From assembly GCA_010909165.1 (NCBI GenBank), contig VJWM01000044.1:124001-188000 (forward strand): 64,000 nucleotides of DNA, in the 5' to 3' direction. Every line of letters begins with the position of its first letter. Within the stretch, counting starts at the first letter, position 1. The position numbers were made by a program, and so were the translations under genes. The notes below the pieces were generated by a model. It did no database searches. It had not been told where the DNA came from and worked only from the letters and a program-made list of their open reading frames with translations. Origin of the DNA: Anthoceros angustus (Eukaryota; Plantae; Anthocerotophyta). Shown piece after piece: positions 24,491 through 36,974 of the stretch.

Positions 24491-25954
24491 TCAGAAACCA
24501 CACTGGAAAGTTTTCTCTACTATAAAGCTAGACAAGTACGAATTATCTGCTGACCACAGAAACATGCCAGGGATGCCGCCACTCTGCTTATTAAGCACCT
24601 CCAGTGCAGAGAAGAAATCCTGGCCCTGAAGACCTCTCCCTCCGATCTCTGTGCTGGTCAGCAATTTCTCTAGGGGGAAGGTCCTGGCAAGCTTGTTGTA
24701 GCCATGGACAAACGTCTCGACAGTTGTGAAATCGGAGGCATAAAACTGGTAGTTCACGTAGTCAATATAATCTCCGTATATCCGCAGCAGCTGCTTATAT
24801 GGCACAATGCTCTGATGGTAAGGGGCAACTGTGGCGAAGTTGATGGTGTTACTCTCCTTGAGCGTCTTGATCACTTCCCCTATGGCATACGGAAACGTCG
24901 AGGACTGGTTGAAGGTCTCGTAATCGATGTCGATGCCGTCCAAGTGATAGGTTTCTGTGATGTTGGTGAGCGACTCCACTGCGTTCTTAACCCACAGCTT
25001 CAGGTCTTTGGGACTGTACCAGTACATGATCTGCGTGTAGTTTGCATTCACATACTGGCTGTAGCCTGCCAGGCTGACAGTGACCTTCACTCCAGGATTG
25101 GCAGCCTTGAATGCAGCAACAGCATCTGGGGTGATGGTGCCCAGCCAATTCGGCCGGAAAATCCCATTCTGTGTCCTGCCCTGGATGTCAGTATCCAGCG
25201 CGAAGGAAAGAATGAACACCTGCTCCACTGTGTCACGGACCGGGATTTTCTTCAACGCAATGGGCATGCCCGTGGCTCCCAAATAATCAATCAGCACCTT
25301 CTTTTTTCCCCAGTTCTCCACCGCCAGCTTCCTTCCTGGTGCAGGTGCGGGAGCAGGAGCAAGAAATTTCTCACAGGGGGACACGCAGATTGGCTGGCCA
25401 GGTTTCGGCAGGCTGGAGCAGTTCAATTGGGGATTGAGGAAGGCAAAAGTGGACAGTGAAAAGTGGAAGGCCTGGGTGATGGAAGCACAACTGTCCCCTA
25501 CTTGGAGGTTATACAGCTTCCCGCAGGTGCTTCGATCAGGGGGCGGCACAACACACACAGCTTCACCCACATACAGGTGGTCGCACACCAGGCTGGGGTT
25601 GAGGTCGTAGAGCTGCTGCAGTGTCAAGGCGAACTTCTGTGCAATCAAATAACACAGATCACCTGACTGGACGGTGTAATACTGAATACAGCTGGATGGA
25701 GCACCTGCAAGACGGATGTGGCATCAAATTCCCAGCTCACAATAGGAATGTTGAAGCTTCTGGGCTACAGGTGCAATCTGCGATTTCTTTCTGCAACCAC
25801 CACACTTACTCTGAGCATCTACACCCGGTGTTGTCTGCAGCAGGGCAACCACCACTCCGAACAGCAACACCGTTTTGGCAAATCCACTGAACCGCTTTCG
25901 TTGGGTCCAGGTCTCCATTTCCTCTGATGACGAAGGCTTCTGCTGCAAGTCCAT
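24491..25954 (-). CDS. Secreted chitinase: two LysM domains plus GH18 (class IIIb/narbonin-like, PrChi-A type)
   Basis: Exon 1 25954-25810 (signal peptide), GT-AG intron 25809-25705, exon 2 25704-24491; LysM1 CIQYYTVQSGDLCYLIAQKFALTLQQLYDLNPSLVC, LysM2 CGKLYNLQVGDSCASITQAFHFSLSTFAFLNPQLNC, PAPAPAP linker, catalytic LDGIDIDYE intact. Confidence 0.95.
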
Positions 25955-26512
25955 GGCCAGGAGCTTCTGGCTCCTTTCCAATGTGTGGTGTGAGCCTGGC
26001 TTTATAGGGGGGATCTGGAATCTTTGTCAGAGACAAGTTAGATAGTTAGATACTGACAACAAATTGCTTAACGGCAAATCTTCTCGCTTGGACTCGACTC
26101 TCGACTCAGGGTTCTTAATTATTTCCAGGCATGCGATCAGCAATATTCACCACACAATACCACCCCGTTTATAACGTCCTATATCTCGCAGATATGACGA
26201 ATTTGACTGCTGAATAGGAAATTGGTTATCGTTTGTGTCACACAGCTGGCCGGCAATGCTTTGGGTTCCCCGGCCCCGCTTACTACTCCATGTGGCGGCC
26301 TCCAGGATCGCCAGTGATGTGATTCTCTGAGGGTTTTCTGAATTGGTTTACAATATGTACATGCAAACAAAGGACAGACGAATGTGACAAGGACCTGTCG
26401 GCAGGAAAACTGTTGTCTTAAATTCCCACGAGCAAAGCATGCTGTGGCAGCATAGTTGTCAGGCCTTGTGGCAACGCCGTTTGCTTGTGTCTTACTTCGC
26501 AGGCAAACCACC
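25955..26512. promoter_or_regulatory. Short divergent intergenic region (candidate bidirectional promoter) between the chitinases
   Basis: 558 bp between opposite ATGs; TATA-like tttatag at about 26000 (reads CTATAAA on -) and tttataa at about 26168; W-box ttgact at about 26206; acceptor-like ttcgcag just before ccaccATGG. Confidence 0.45.
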
Positions 26513-27702
26513 ATGGCATTCAACCATCGATTGTTTGCTGGGACTCTCCTGATTTGGCTTACTCTCTGGGAGGCTTTTTCTCCAGCTTCAGGCCGACCTC
26601 TGTCCCTGAACTACTTCAACAGAGCGGGTAGGCAGTTTTGGGGCTTGGGGTGCTTGGGGTGCTTGGGGTGCTTGGGATGCTTGGGGTGCTTTGCTTTGGG
26701 TGCTTTGGGTGCTGTGGGGGCTTTGGGTGCTTTGGGTGCTTTGGGTGCTTGGATTTCAGCCTTGGAGTGTAACCTTGTGTACACATGTGGCCACTTACAC
26801 ATCTGGTGTTTTGCTTTCTGCCTGAAGTTGCCAACATATCCCAAGCACAGCCGGTGTTCGTGGAGTACGTCGGGGCAATAGGAGAGCCAGTGTACCTGAA
26901 GGATGTGCCTGTGACAACCACCGATGTGCCATACTACCTGATTCTCAGCTTCGCCATTGATGCTCATCCAAACGGAACCTACGCTAACGGTGTGTTTTCT
27001 GCTTACTGGGCCGACACGCTGGTACCGGAATCCATCCTCACGTTCAAGCTAAAGCACCCGAACGTGAAGGTGCTAGCCAGTCTGAGTGGGTGGAGCCTGT
27101 ACACCACCTCCAACAAGAGCAAGACGCTGGCTTGGTACGACCCCAAGAATCAGACGGAGTGGATCCAGAACGCCTACTCCTCGCTCTCTGGCTTGGTACA
27201 ACAGTACGGGTTGGACGGTATCGACATAGACTACGAGAATTTCCCAAAAAACAATACCTTCTCCTACTGCATCGGTACAGTGATCAGCTTGCTAAAGTCC
27301 AACGAGGTTATCAACATCGCCAGCATCGCCCCGTTCAGCATCACAAGCAAGCACTACTTGAAGCTATATCAAGAATTCGGGTCGGTGATCGATTTGGTAA
27401 ACTACCAGTTCTACACAGACAGGGTGCCCAATGCCGCGGCCTTCGTGTCAATCTTCAATTCCACTGGTCAGCTGTGGGGGTTTGACAAATTGACGGCCAG
27501 TTTCGCGATAGGCGGGCCAGGCGTGAGTGGGGAAAATTTCTTCCTGGCGGTGCTGAGAATCCAACACTTCCTTTGGACTGAAAAGAAGCTGCTCGGCCCC
27601 AGCTTGATGGTATGGTGTGTAGAGGATGGTAAAAAACATGGATACAAGTTTGAGAAACAAGCGCAAAGCTTTCTGCACAACATCAGTGTCCAAACCTTTT
27701 GA
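26513..27702 (+). CDS. Secreted GH18 class IIIb-like chitinase without LysM, 2 exons
   Basis: Exon 1 26513-26627 (MAFNHRLFAGTLLIWLTLW..), intron 26628-26827, exon 2 26828-27702; FVEYVGA, ILSFAID, VKVLASLSG, LDGIDIDYE and IDLVNYQFY parallel the LysM chitinase. Confidence 0.94.
26638..26752 (+). repeat. 9-bp minisatellite (ggtgcttgg/ggtgctttg) inside the chitinase intron
   Basis: About 12 degenerate copies; source of the PKH/PKA repeats in the antisense ORFs. Confidence 0.9.
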
Positions 27703-28000
27703 GGTTCGGCTGCATGGTCACCAGATGTTGTATAGGGCAGACATGGCAGCTTTCAAGGGTAGACATGCTTTGTCTCAGGCTTTTTGTTTCCAGGATTGTT
27801 CTCAGCAGATGTTTTCGCAGTGGTTGGAGCAAAGCATAAATAATCTAATGTTGATTTTCTTTACAATACATAGGGTAAGACAAACATGCTCACATCATCG
27901 ACACGATGACACCGGGAAGTTGGAAACAGAAAAGCCAAGCCTCCACAACGAAACAGAGAATCTGATGCACCTCGACAGAAGCATGGTTTCAGAAAATATC

Positions 28001-29061
28001 TCAGTCGTCTGTGACGCAGACACCGATCTGGGTGAGCCTGCCCTGAGTGAGAGAACTGACATCAGCTGCTCCGAAAAAGCCGACGATGTGGCCCTCGATT
28101 AGAGGAGACTGGAAATCGGTGCGCAGGGGATCAGGGTTGAAAGGATCCGGATCTCCACCCCACACGTAGAAGTTGTCATTGGAGTCTGTGAAAGTGATGG
28201 AATCCAGGCCAGTATCCGTGTAGGTTCCCCCGATCCGCCGAAATATTAGGGTGTCCTGGGGATTTTGCAAGTCGAACAGGAACTGCGAGCAACAAACAAA
28301 TGGGGATCGTCAGCTGGCATCATCATGGAATGTACGCCGCAGAGAATGTGAGCTCCTCCGAGAGCAGTAGCTTACAGTGAAATTTCTAGGGCCCTGGACT
28401 CCATGCTCAACATTGTAGAAGGACTGGTCCATGGATCCTGCCCGGAAATCGAAGTACTCCACGAGCAAGCCATTGACTTCCACGTCTGAGAACACCACGG
28501 TGAGCTGGGAGAGGTTCCTGTGTGCGCCGTCATTGAAGCTCTCGCTGCCGGCGGGCACCGTGGGTGGCCACGGTCCGAAGGTTTTGTTGCAGACTGTTCC
28601 AGGAACGCCAGGAGGCTGGGTGGAAGGCGGAGGGGGCGGCGGTGGCGGCGGATGCTTGGGATGAGGAGGGGCGTGGGGATGATGCTTCACCCTATGCTTC
28701 ACTCTGTGCTTGCGATGCCGCTTATGAAGCCCGTGTTTATGCCTGCCTGCTTCCTGCAGTGGCACCAGACAGCCGCATGGTTGTCAGCCATCTGCAAGAA
28801 AAGAAGCATCACGCCAACAATGCATTCAATGAGTTGTCCGGCCTTACTTGTGGGTGATCGTTCCCGAGAGTCCCGATGGCAATGTCCCCAAGCACAACCT
28901 ACGACAAAGCAAGCAATGCGGCATTTCAGACTGGCAGGCATAACCATAGTGAGCAAGAAATGGACAGTATGGGGACGAGGTTTGTAAATGCTTGGTGCAG
29001 AGATGGTGAGGACTGATACCGTGAGAAGCAGAGCAGCGATCAGCAGCTTGCTGGTGGCCAT
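28001..29061 (-). CDS. Secreted jacalin-like (beta-prism I) lectin with a His/Lys-rich and poly-Pro stalk, 4 exons
   Basis: Exons 29061-29020, 28898-28848, 28753-28376 and 28282-28001 (GT-AG, all phase 0) give MATSKLLIAALLLTVVLGDIAIG.. HKHGLHKRHRKHRVKH.. PPPPPPPPP.. FNDG..HG..IGGTY..LDSITFTDS..VWGG..GHIVGFFGAA..LTQIGVCV. Confidence 0.8.
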
Positions 29062-29756
29062 GTTCGATGTGTCTGAAAGCTCGGGGTACGCTGCGACAGG
29101 CCTCACACCTCCTGGAGTCCTGATTCCTACCACTGATCTCGTCCGGATCCAGGGTATTCATACTACCAGGCTGCAGACGGGATGGAGATGAGGTTTGACC
29201 TTGTCCGGGTCGTGCCTGGCTGTGCGCTCACGCAAAGGCTATTCCCGCACATTGTACAAGGTGTATCACTTGGCGGCAACATGCCCCAAGGTAAGCAGCG
29301 ACCGTCACGCGCCGGTTCCCGGTCGGGCCAGCGCCCCCATCTAGCCATGACTCCATGCTAGAGGATATGCCGTCGTGTCGTTCATGCTGCTTTTGAGGCA
29401 CAAAAATGCTCAAAGCAACTTCCATGAAAACGATGCAAATGGTCGATAAACATCGGACTGGATTGAAATCTGCGGGCCTCAATTGCAGAATGCGTACCTC
29501 TTCCCCATCCATCAGCCGTGCGAGTATGCGTAAAACGTCACGGGCACATGCATCGTGCCTCCATGCTATGCGCTCATAGCATGGACGCATGGCCAGACCG
29601 GGACGAGACCTGGAACCGGCGCGTGCCCGATAATCGTTTTAGCTAGAAAGAGATAAATGGCCTTTGGAGCGTGCGAACTGCACACTCCTCGAACTTCAGC
29701 AAGAGGCCATTGCTGCAGCTTTATCCATAGCTTGACTCTATTTTTGGGCAGCCTAA

Positions 29757-32700
29757 CTACATGCCTGAGACACCCTGAATTCTGGATGACTTGCGTTGTA
29801 TATACGTCACGTATGAACGTTTACTTGTCACACTACAGGATGGAGTTGCACTATCTCACGGCTTGCTTTCAATTTCGTGGGAAAGATCGGGTAGTAGCCG
29901 TCTACGTTGATTTCCTTCAGGATTTGACCCATTCTTGTAAGGTAGGCGAAGTGTCCGTCCACAACCTCAGTCACGTCAACCTGTCAACAAACAGAGCATG
30001 GATGTAAGAACTATAAGTTGGTGAGCTTAAGATAACCTTGCAGGCTTCCAGAAGGGAGTAGAGTGAACTTGTACATTTTCAATGCCTGGCATTGTGACTT
30101 CTTGGATCCCAGCCAGACCTTGTGTCAAACACCTGCATGGAGCAGAATTTACAGAAGACAGATTTCATACCTTGAATACCCATGGCAAGGATGAGCAAGC
30201 AGCACTACTCGCAAGAAGAATTTGCTTACGTTGCTCGATATGCAATACCCAGTATCCAGTCGTTTGTCGAATAGCAGTTGATGAACCTCCCAGCCACAAC
30301 CTGAGAGAGTTGCTCAGGGACATGAGACTCGGCATGTTGGACCACAAGGGCTGTGTTTATAAAAAACCAATTACCTTTCGAACTGTCTCCCATCGCTGTT
30401 GATCTAAAGGAATGGGTGCGCCGAGAAGCACAACGCGTTCAACTATCCCAGCTGCGGAGTCCAAAACCAGCAGAGGGAAGTCAATCCACGCATTGCACAT
30501 TTGCAGTAATGAGCTCTTCAGTGTAGGAAGACCTCGAGAGAAACACTTCAGCTTAAGCCACGTCACTCACCAGCTGCTTCTCCGTGCTTAGCCAGTGTCT
30601 CCAAACAAGAGAATATCAGCCGAGCCCCCAAAGAGAAACCCATCAATGTCACAGGCCTGCCATGAGGAGGGAAGCAGGGTTCACCACTTGGTCAAGAGTT
30701 GATTGAAACCGAGGATACTAGTGCTTGATAAAACGGAAACAAAATCTCAACCTGTTTCCCTGTACCCCATCAAGCAGGATCTTTGCTAAAAGTTTTCCCG
30801 CTTTGTCTGATCTGTGAATGCACATTTTTGTGAAAATGTCAGCGTTTTCCACCAAGGTGTGCACACAGCGAAATGCAGCCTGATAGATGATAACCACCCC
30901 ACCTGTCAACCGCAATGGACCACTTGCTGTCGATGAAATCGACAACACTTAGGATTGCAACTGGCCAAGCCAAGGCAGTTACTAGCCCAGCCAAGACAGT
31001 CATCATTGCCCCTTGCTTCATCACCTCCCTTGCAACAGCTGCATTCAGCCGACTTAACATCCCCCCGCATCATACAAAATTGCATGTTCAACCCTCGACG
31101 ATTGAGAAACGTACTTGAGGTCATCCAGTCCTCCATGGCTGTGGCTACTGCCATTAGCTCCTTGGTTTCCCAACGCAGAGCATATCTAACACCTCCAACA
31201 AAGGTCAACCCTCAGACATAGGCACCATTAGGGTGGATTCTCCAAACTTGCGATACAACTATCAGAAAGACAAACCTCTCAACATCACTATCTGGGCCCA
31301 TCCATGGTCTGACAAAGTCCTCAGTCTCCGTGATGGTGCCAGATACCAAAATGGAGACAGCCAAACGCTGCACATGCCATGCCAAGCCCCAACAGTGAGG
31401 TAATTCTAAAGATAATGCAAAGTATCAAACCATGAACATCCACCAGGAAGGAGTCTGGTGAAAGAAAAGTACCATACCCCTTGCTGATGATTGTCGCCAA
31501 CAGGGATAAACTCAAATTCACTGACTCCCCCTATTCTACGGGCCATCTTGGATCCTGCTAACCCAGCACCCGCAGCTGCAACAAATATTCCATTGCTTTA
31601 GTTAACAAATTCCTGTGCTACCTCAAGAAAAACAAAACCCCATTATTCGTGCATACCTCCGAATGAAGCAGCCACAGCAACAGAGCCAGCAGTAGTCCCT
31701 GCAGCGGCAAAAGCAGCTGCCAGGCCAGTCGTTCCAATCAAAGGCATCATAGGCCCCAAGACAGGTGCAAGGCTGGCAAGGCCAGCAGCAATGGCTGGTG
31801 CTGCCAAACCTGCTCAGAGAGTGGAGTACATCCTATTAGGTGCATCCTGGTAAGGAAAGGCTTGATGACAGGATTCAATGCATAATAGTTCGGATCACCA
31901 CCTCCGGTTAATGCCAGGAGTGCTCCTCCAGCCAGAGCAGCAGCACCAATGATGCCTCCGCGCTTGATTGTCTTCCATGTGCTTTTGGATGCTTCCTCCT
32001 TACCATCCTTTGATGCTTCTTTCTGCGTGGCCAAGGCCATATATGCAACCATGACCTCCATGGCAGCCTGATGGTATGTGCACTAAATTTGTCAGCATTC
32101 ATAGTACACACGCTTGGAATTGCAGAAGCAGTGGAGAACATTTTCCAAACTACTCCAGCCGCACCAAGAATCAAACAGCAGCCCACAGGCTACGTGTCCG
32201 TGCTTACACCCAATGATAGGTTTGAAGTTCCTTCGACTCACCACTTTTCTCCAGCTTATGTCGAGCCAGGTAGCCAACAGGCGCAGAGCGACACGATGAC
32301 GAGCATCATATCCAGCTCTCAGTAGAGCTTTGCCTGCCTTCTCTTCTGGAGTGTCTGCTACACAGGCAATCAGCAACTCATACAAGACTGCTATCTTTCG
32401 TTGTCTTTCCATCACCATAGCGGGTGTCATTGTTGGGCTATCACACAATGCTTCTAAGCTTGCCACAGGTTCACCCTCAACGCTGCCTTGGTCATCAGCT
32501 GCTGATGGTGTTTCGGTATTCACAGTTGGGGAGCTTCCAGGGACCAGCTGGCTATCAATTGTGACAGCCCCTTTACGGCTCAGTGACTTGTGAGCTGTGA
32601 ATACCGTCTCAGAGTTCACAGGCCCTTCGGATGCAGAGTTTGTGTGCAACAAAGGTTCGGTGTCATCTGACTCAGCTCCTATATCCTGAACTCCACTCTG

Positions 32701-33379
32701 CTCGTCAGGCAAGTCACCATCCGAAATGCTGCTTGCTACTGGGGTTCCTCCCTCAGACTCTCGAAGCTTTAAATCCATCGCATCAACTGCAGTAGCCAAG
32801 GCAGCCTGCTTGCTTGCATCCCCATTTGCCTCAGAAGATGGGCCAACCTCGTCCTCTGTAAGAATTCGCACAAACTGCCAATGAACCAGGGTCATCCACA
32901 ACCACCACTAGGGAGCCCCTGAGAAGAACCTGACACACAACCTCTCTACTTTGCTGCAAACGGATAGCCCCCTGGGACAAACCATCCACAGCTGAATATG
33001 ACAGCACTACGTACCGCTCCAACATGGTGGCGGGCATCCGGGGACATTGCTGTAGTCTCAAGACCCACCCAAGCCTTCGGATCAATATTCAGATGCCTGT
33101 TGGTTGGAAATCATCGAACCCATTACTACTAGTTGCCAGAATTCTCCAAGGAAACAGCAAGCGTAAAACACAAAATGTGGTGACAGACCTGAAAACATGA
33201 TGAAGCAAATTGGACTGTTCGCTGCTCCAAGAACTGTCATTCTCGTCCGGTGCAGAATTATCTTCAGAGGCAGGACTCCAAGCAGTAGGCAGCACATGCT
33301 GATGTAATTGTGCGTGGTTCAAAGCCAGAGCCAGCAATCCACCGGCCACATAGCGGTGAACGCTTCCTAGCTCTGACAT
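29757..33379 (-). CDS. DUF726 / TMCO4-like transmembrane alpha-beta-hydrolase-fold protein, multi-exon
   Basis: HRYVAGGLLALALNHAQLHQ, RKIAVLYELLIAC, GYDARHRVALRLLATWL, RGGIIGAAALAGGALLALTGG, YALRWETKELM, RPVTLMGFSLGARLIF, VERVVLLGAP, GLAGIQ..PGIENVDVTEVVDGHFAY; many GT-AG introns; not every junction was resolved. Confidence 0.92.
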
Positions 33380-33909
33380 CGCAGATTTTTTACGGCATCC
33401 GAAACACCAGCCTGCGTAGTCCTCGCCAGCAGGACCTGAACAGATTTGGGGCTGAGAATTAACAACCAGCTAATTCCACAAAACGGTCATTGTTTGTCAC
33501 ACGCCAAGCACAGTCAAATGACGCTGCCAGCAATACCAATTTACCAACCTCGGGGCTTCTTGGTCTGGCACTGATCAACAGCAGTGAGTGCACTTACCGC
33601 GCTCAACGACACTGGCTTGTACCACCAAATTCGACACAGACACCGGTGTCGTGTCGTCTCCCTCCTTTCTTTGCTTCCTTTCTTCCTTGCAGCCTCCGCA
33701 CGGACGGCGCATTTACTGTTACGCCACGTGGTCAGGGAAATTTCTATTCACATGGCCATTTGAATGAAATTTCCTCCGTTAGTTTTTCGAATTTCCAGTT
33801 CTCGTTCTTGACTGGTTAGGTACGCCAAAGTCACTTATTTACCAATACTCAGGTTTGCTAATGAGCACTTGCATTATATACGACCGAGATATATCATGAG
33901 GAGATATTA

Positions 33910-36580
33910 TTGAGGTGAAAAAACGATGGGAAAAGCCCATCTAGGAGGGGACAACCAAAGGGGACCAGGGGGTCGAGGTGAAGAGGAGCAACTGAGCTCC
34001 CTACCTAAAGTCACCTACTGCACCCATAATGTCATATGCAGGAAGAATAAACGGCCTGCAAACCACGGAGGTAGAGGAAGATGCGTCACCTACTGTCGCC
34101 GCCTTGTGGAGGATCGCCGTTGAGAGCGCCCGTTGAAGGGCAATTGAAACCCGTTGTCGGAAGTATGATGTGAAGTACGAGAGGGACACCCCCGCACCGT
34201 GTCTATGCGCATGGTAAGCTTTGGCACAGGACTTGACAAATTTGTCAAAGTCCTCAGCCATTGCCCCATACGTTTCTAGTGCAAGCGAAATGAAGAGGTG
34301 GCCCGCTTGCATCCTGCTATATTTGCGACCTTGAGAGTCCGCCCCAGAAGCCCAACTCGACTTAGTGATGACCGAGCGAGATGGTGTCTCGTGTAGGATC
34401 GGTAACCACCACATCCGCCATCAAACCGGTCGCCACGACAAGGTATAGGTCAGCCCTGATTGAACGACCTGTACGGAGAGTATACATCCGCCTCCTCCAT
34501 GCCATGTAGCCGCGAACGATGACGAACATGACATCGCGGATGGCGTCGTGAGTCGCAATGCGATGACCTCCGTGGGGACAACGAGCAAGGTGTACCCCAG
34601 AATCATCGAGGGCAGAGCCGCACTCGCAAGTAAGGAGCAAAGAAGCCACAGGCTGGAGCAGGCCAAGACGGAATCGCATTGCAATAGTGAAGCTGGTTGG
34701 TGCGATGTGAAAACCCCGTATGCATAGGCGGGCCAAGCCAAGCACTGCGCCTTCCTGTAACAAGAGCGAGCCGCGCCTTGTGGACCTGGGATGGAGGGGT
34801 CCCGGAGGACATCGAAAGCTCGCCGAGCCGAGGTAGATGCTCGCAACCCTCGAAACCATCGAATAAATGTCGAGAAAGGAGGGAAGTCCTTCCGAGCATC
34901 CACGATAACATGTCCCTAGCTTGCCTCAAGGACGCTTGGAGAGAAGGTTCCTCCTCCACACTGATACGAGATCCTCCGTAAAGGGCCTGCTATGGAGGAT
35001 GAACCGAGAAGCCAAAGCAAGGCAGAGGGCCCAATCGCCGAAAGCCGCCGGGAAGAGACCTCCAGAGAGCACTGTGCCTCCAAATTGCATGTAGGGACGC
35101 TTGCCGGGCCGACGCCCATAGGGCACTCAAAAGCCCCGAGCCTGTGATGTCCCCAAGAGTATCCATAATCTTCCTATCAAACCGCCGTAGCCGGGACAAA
35201 AGTGTCGGGGACGGAGGAAGCGTATGGATGAGGTAACCAGGGCGCCTAGCAAAATAGGAGGAAAGAATTCCAAAGGCCACCTGTGTATCCTCCACCAAAG
35301 GGAGGTCCTCGATATGGGAGAGGTCCTCTGCGAGAGCCTGGTCCAAGAAGCTCCCGATGAAGTCAGGGGAACCGAAAGGGACCCCTAGAATCCGCAGTCC
35401 CAAAGCCGGAGCAATCTCCCCAGCGGGAAACTGCAAAGTAGGTAGAATCCCCGACGGAGATCGGACACGGCACTTGGACAGCTTGACCTTCAAGCCCACC
35501 AAAGAAAGCTCATGAGAGAAGAGCTCAAAGGCCTCCTTGACTTTGTCCCCAAGCCCGAGGAAGTGAGAGTCGCCCCACAACAAGGGAAGACACACATGGC
35601 TGAGAAGGCGGCCCTAGATAGGGCCCTATAGTGAGCAATGGCGAAGAGAGCACCGCCCAGGGGGTCGCCTTGCCTGGTACCTGTGGCCGATTCCAAGACA
35701 GAGATAGCAAATCCTGAAGAGACGTTCTTGTGCTGGTAGTAGAGGTTGGAGGACCTCCCATAGAAGCACCGGACAAAAGGTATAAGGCTCCCCAGGACGC
35801 CGCCAGCATCCCTAAGCTCCTCGAAGATGACGCTCCTAAAAATGGTATTGAAGGCATTCTCGACATCAACTTGTAAGACCACCCACTCCGGGTGGGTATC
35901 AAGGCATGCCGTCACTCCAAGCACCATGCACTCACGGAGTGGCAATGCCAAATTGAAGGGGTTGAGGTGTCAAGAAGAGAGCGGCATCAAGCGCAATAGT
36001 GCGGCCGAGTAGCCACATGAAGGCTTCCCGACCGCGAGTGGGCGACGCCTGAAGCGTGCTTGTCCATAGCGACAAGCCCGCTAGCAAGAACATGGGAAAT
36101 CCGGTGAGGCGTCTCACCCCGAGCCACCGTAGCGGCCAGAGAAAAGAGCTCTGGGAAGCCACTAGATGGATCTTCGGGGAGAAAAAGGTCCCTGAGGTGT
36201 TCAAACACCATTCCTGACAACCCGGCAGATGAAAGACGTGGGTTCGTAGAGAGTGCCAGAGCAAAAGCTGCCCGATCTAAGGAGAAGGGATCTTTTAATC
36301 TCAACTCTACGGGCTGATGCGGATGCGTGAGGGTCCCCGTTTGCGATGCGCCGCCTCACCCTCTCCAATTACACGCTCAATTCCATTCTCCTCAATGCCC
36401 ACCTTCTCCACCTCGCCACAAGAAGGTGGTAATCGTGGAAATCCTCCGAGTCCATCCACCAGCCTCCCTTCCGAACATCCGTCACTGGGCAAACCTCTGC
36501 ACCTCCTTATGCACGCCTAGCTTGTCAAGGTGCTTATACACCACCAGACGACGCCACAAGTACTTGTGAGAAAGGAGTCG
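33910..36580 (-). mobile_element. 5'-truncated, decayed CRE-clade non-LTR retrotransposon (RT plus restriction-like endonuclease)
   Basis: SAGLSGMVFEHLRD, GLVAMDK, QFGIATPG, QVDVENAFN, GTRQGDPLGGALF, GLRILGVPFGS, zinc knuckle CECG..HLARC, THDAIRD, RADL..ADVVVTDP, LALETYG, YFRQRVSIALQR; YADD region mutated; many frameshifts; ends approximate. Confidence 0.88.
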
Positions 36581-36974
36581 GGCCCGCCAATTAGGATTGA
36601 CAGCTCTTTTTTCCGCCTCGAAAATCGGAATACCATGTCCAAAGGTTGAAAGCCATAGCTTGGCCGCTCGCTCTTCACAACCGCATTCTCACCGAAGCTC
36701 GCTACAAACCAAGTGTTGACAAAGTGTTATCATCACCAGAGTTGCGAATGCAGAAAATCAAAGGCCAAGAAAGCAGCGCACAAACTTCAATGGCAAACTG
36801 CATAATAGCTTTGATCGCAAACCGCTGAGGAATCCACAAGGCAAATCGAAACCATTGAGTGCCTTGAGGTCAGGCCTCCTTATATTGCCAATCGACAAAT
36901 GGATGGTCGCCACGCAGGGCGCATATCGAGTTCAAATTCCGCATGTCAAGTGCACCGCCGGAAGTCATGTTCAA

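Noticed and set aside
24704-25459. 251-aa ORF antisense to the LysM chitinase (and similar ORFs antisense to the PPR, pectate lyase and GH18)
   Set aside because: Shadow ORFs caused by GC-rich codon bias on the real coding strand
24491-27702. Recent horizontal transfer of the GH18 genes from microbes
   Set aside because: Spliceosomal introns, plant-type signal peptides and similarity to the known plant class IIIb/narbonin-like group argue against it; nothing in the sequence supports recent transfer
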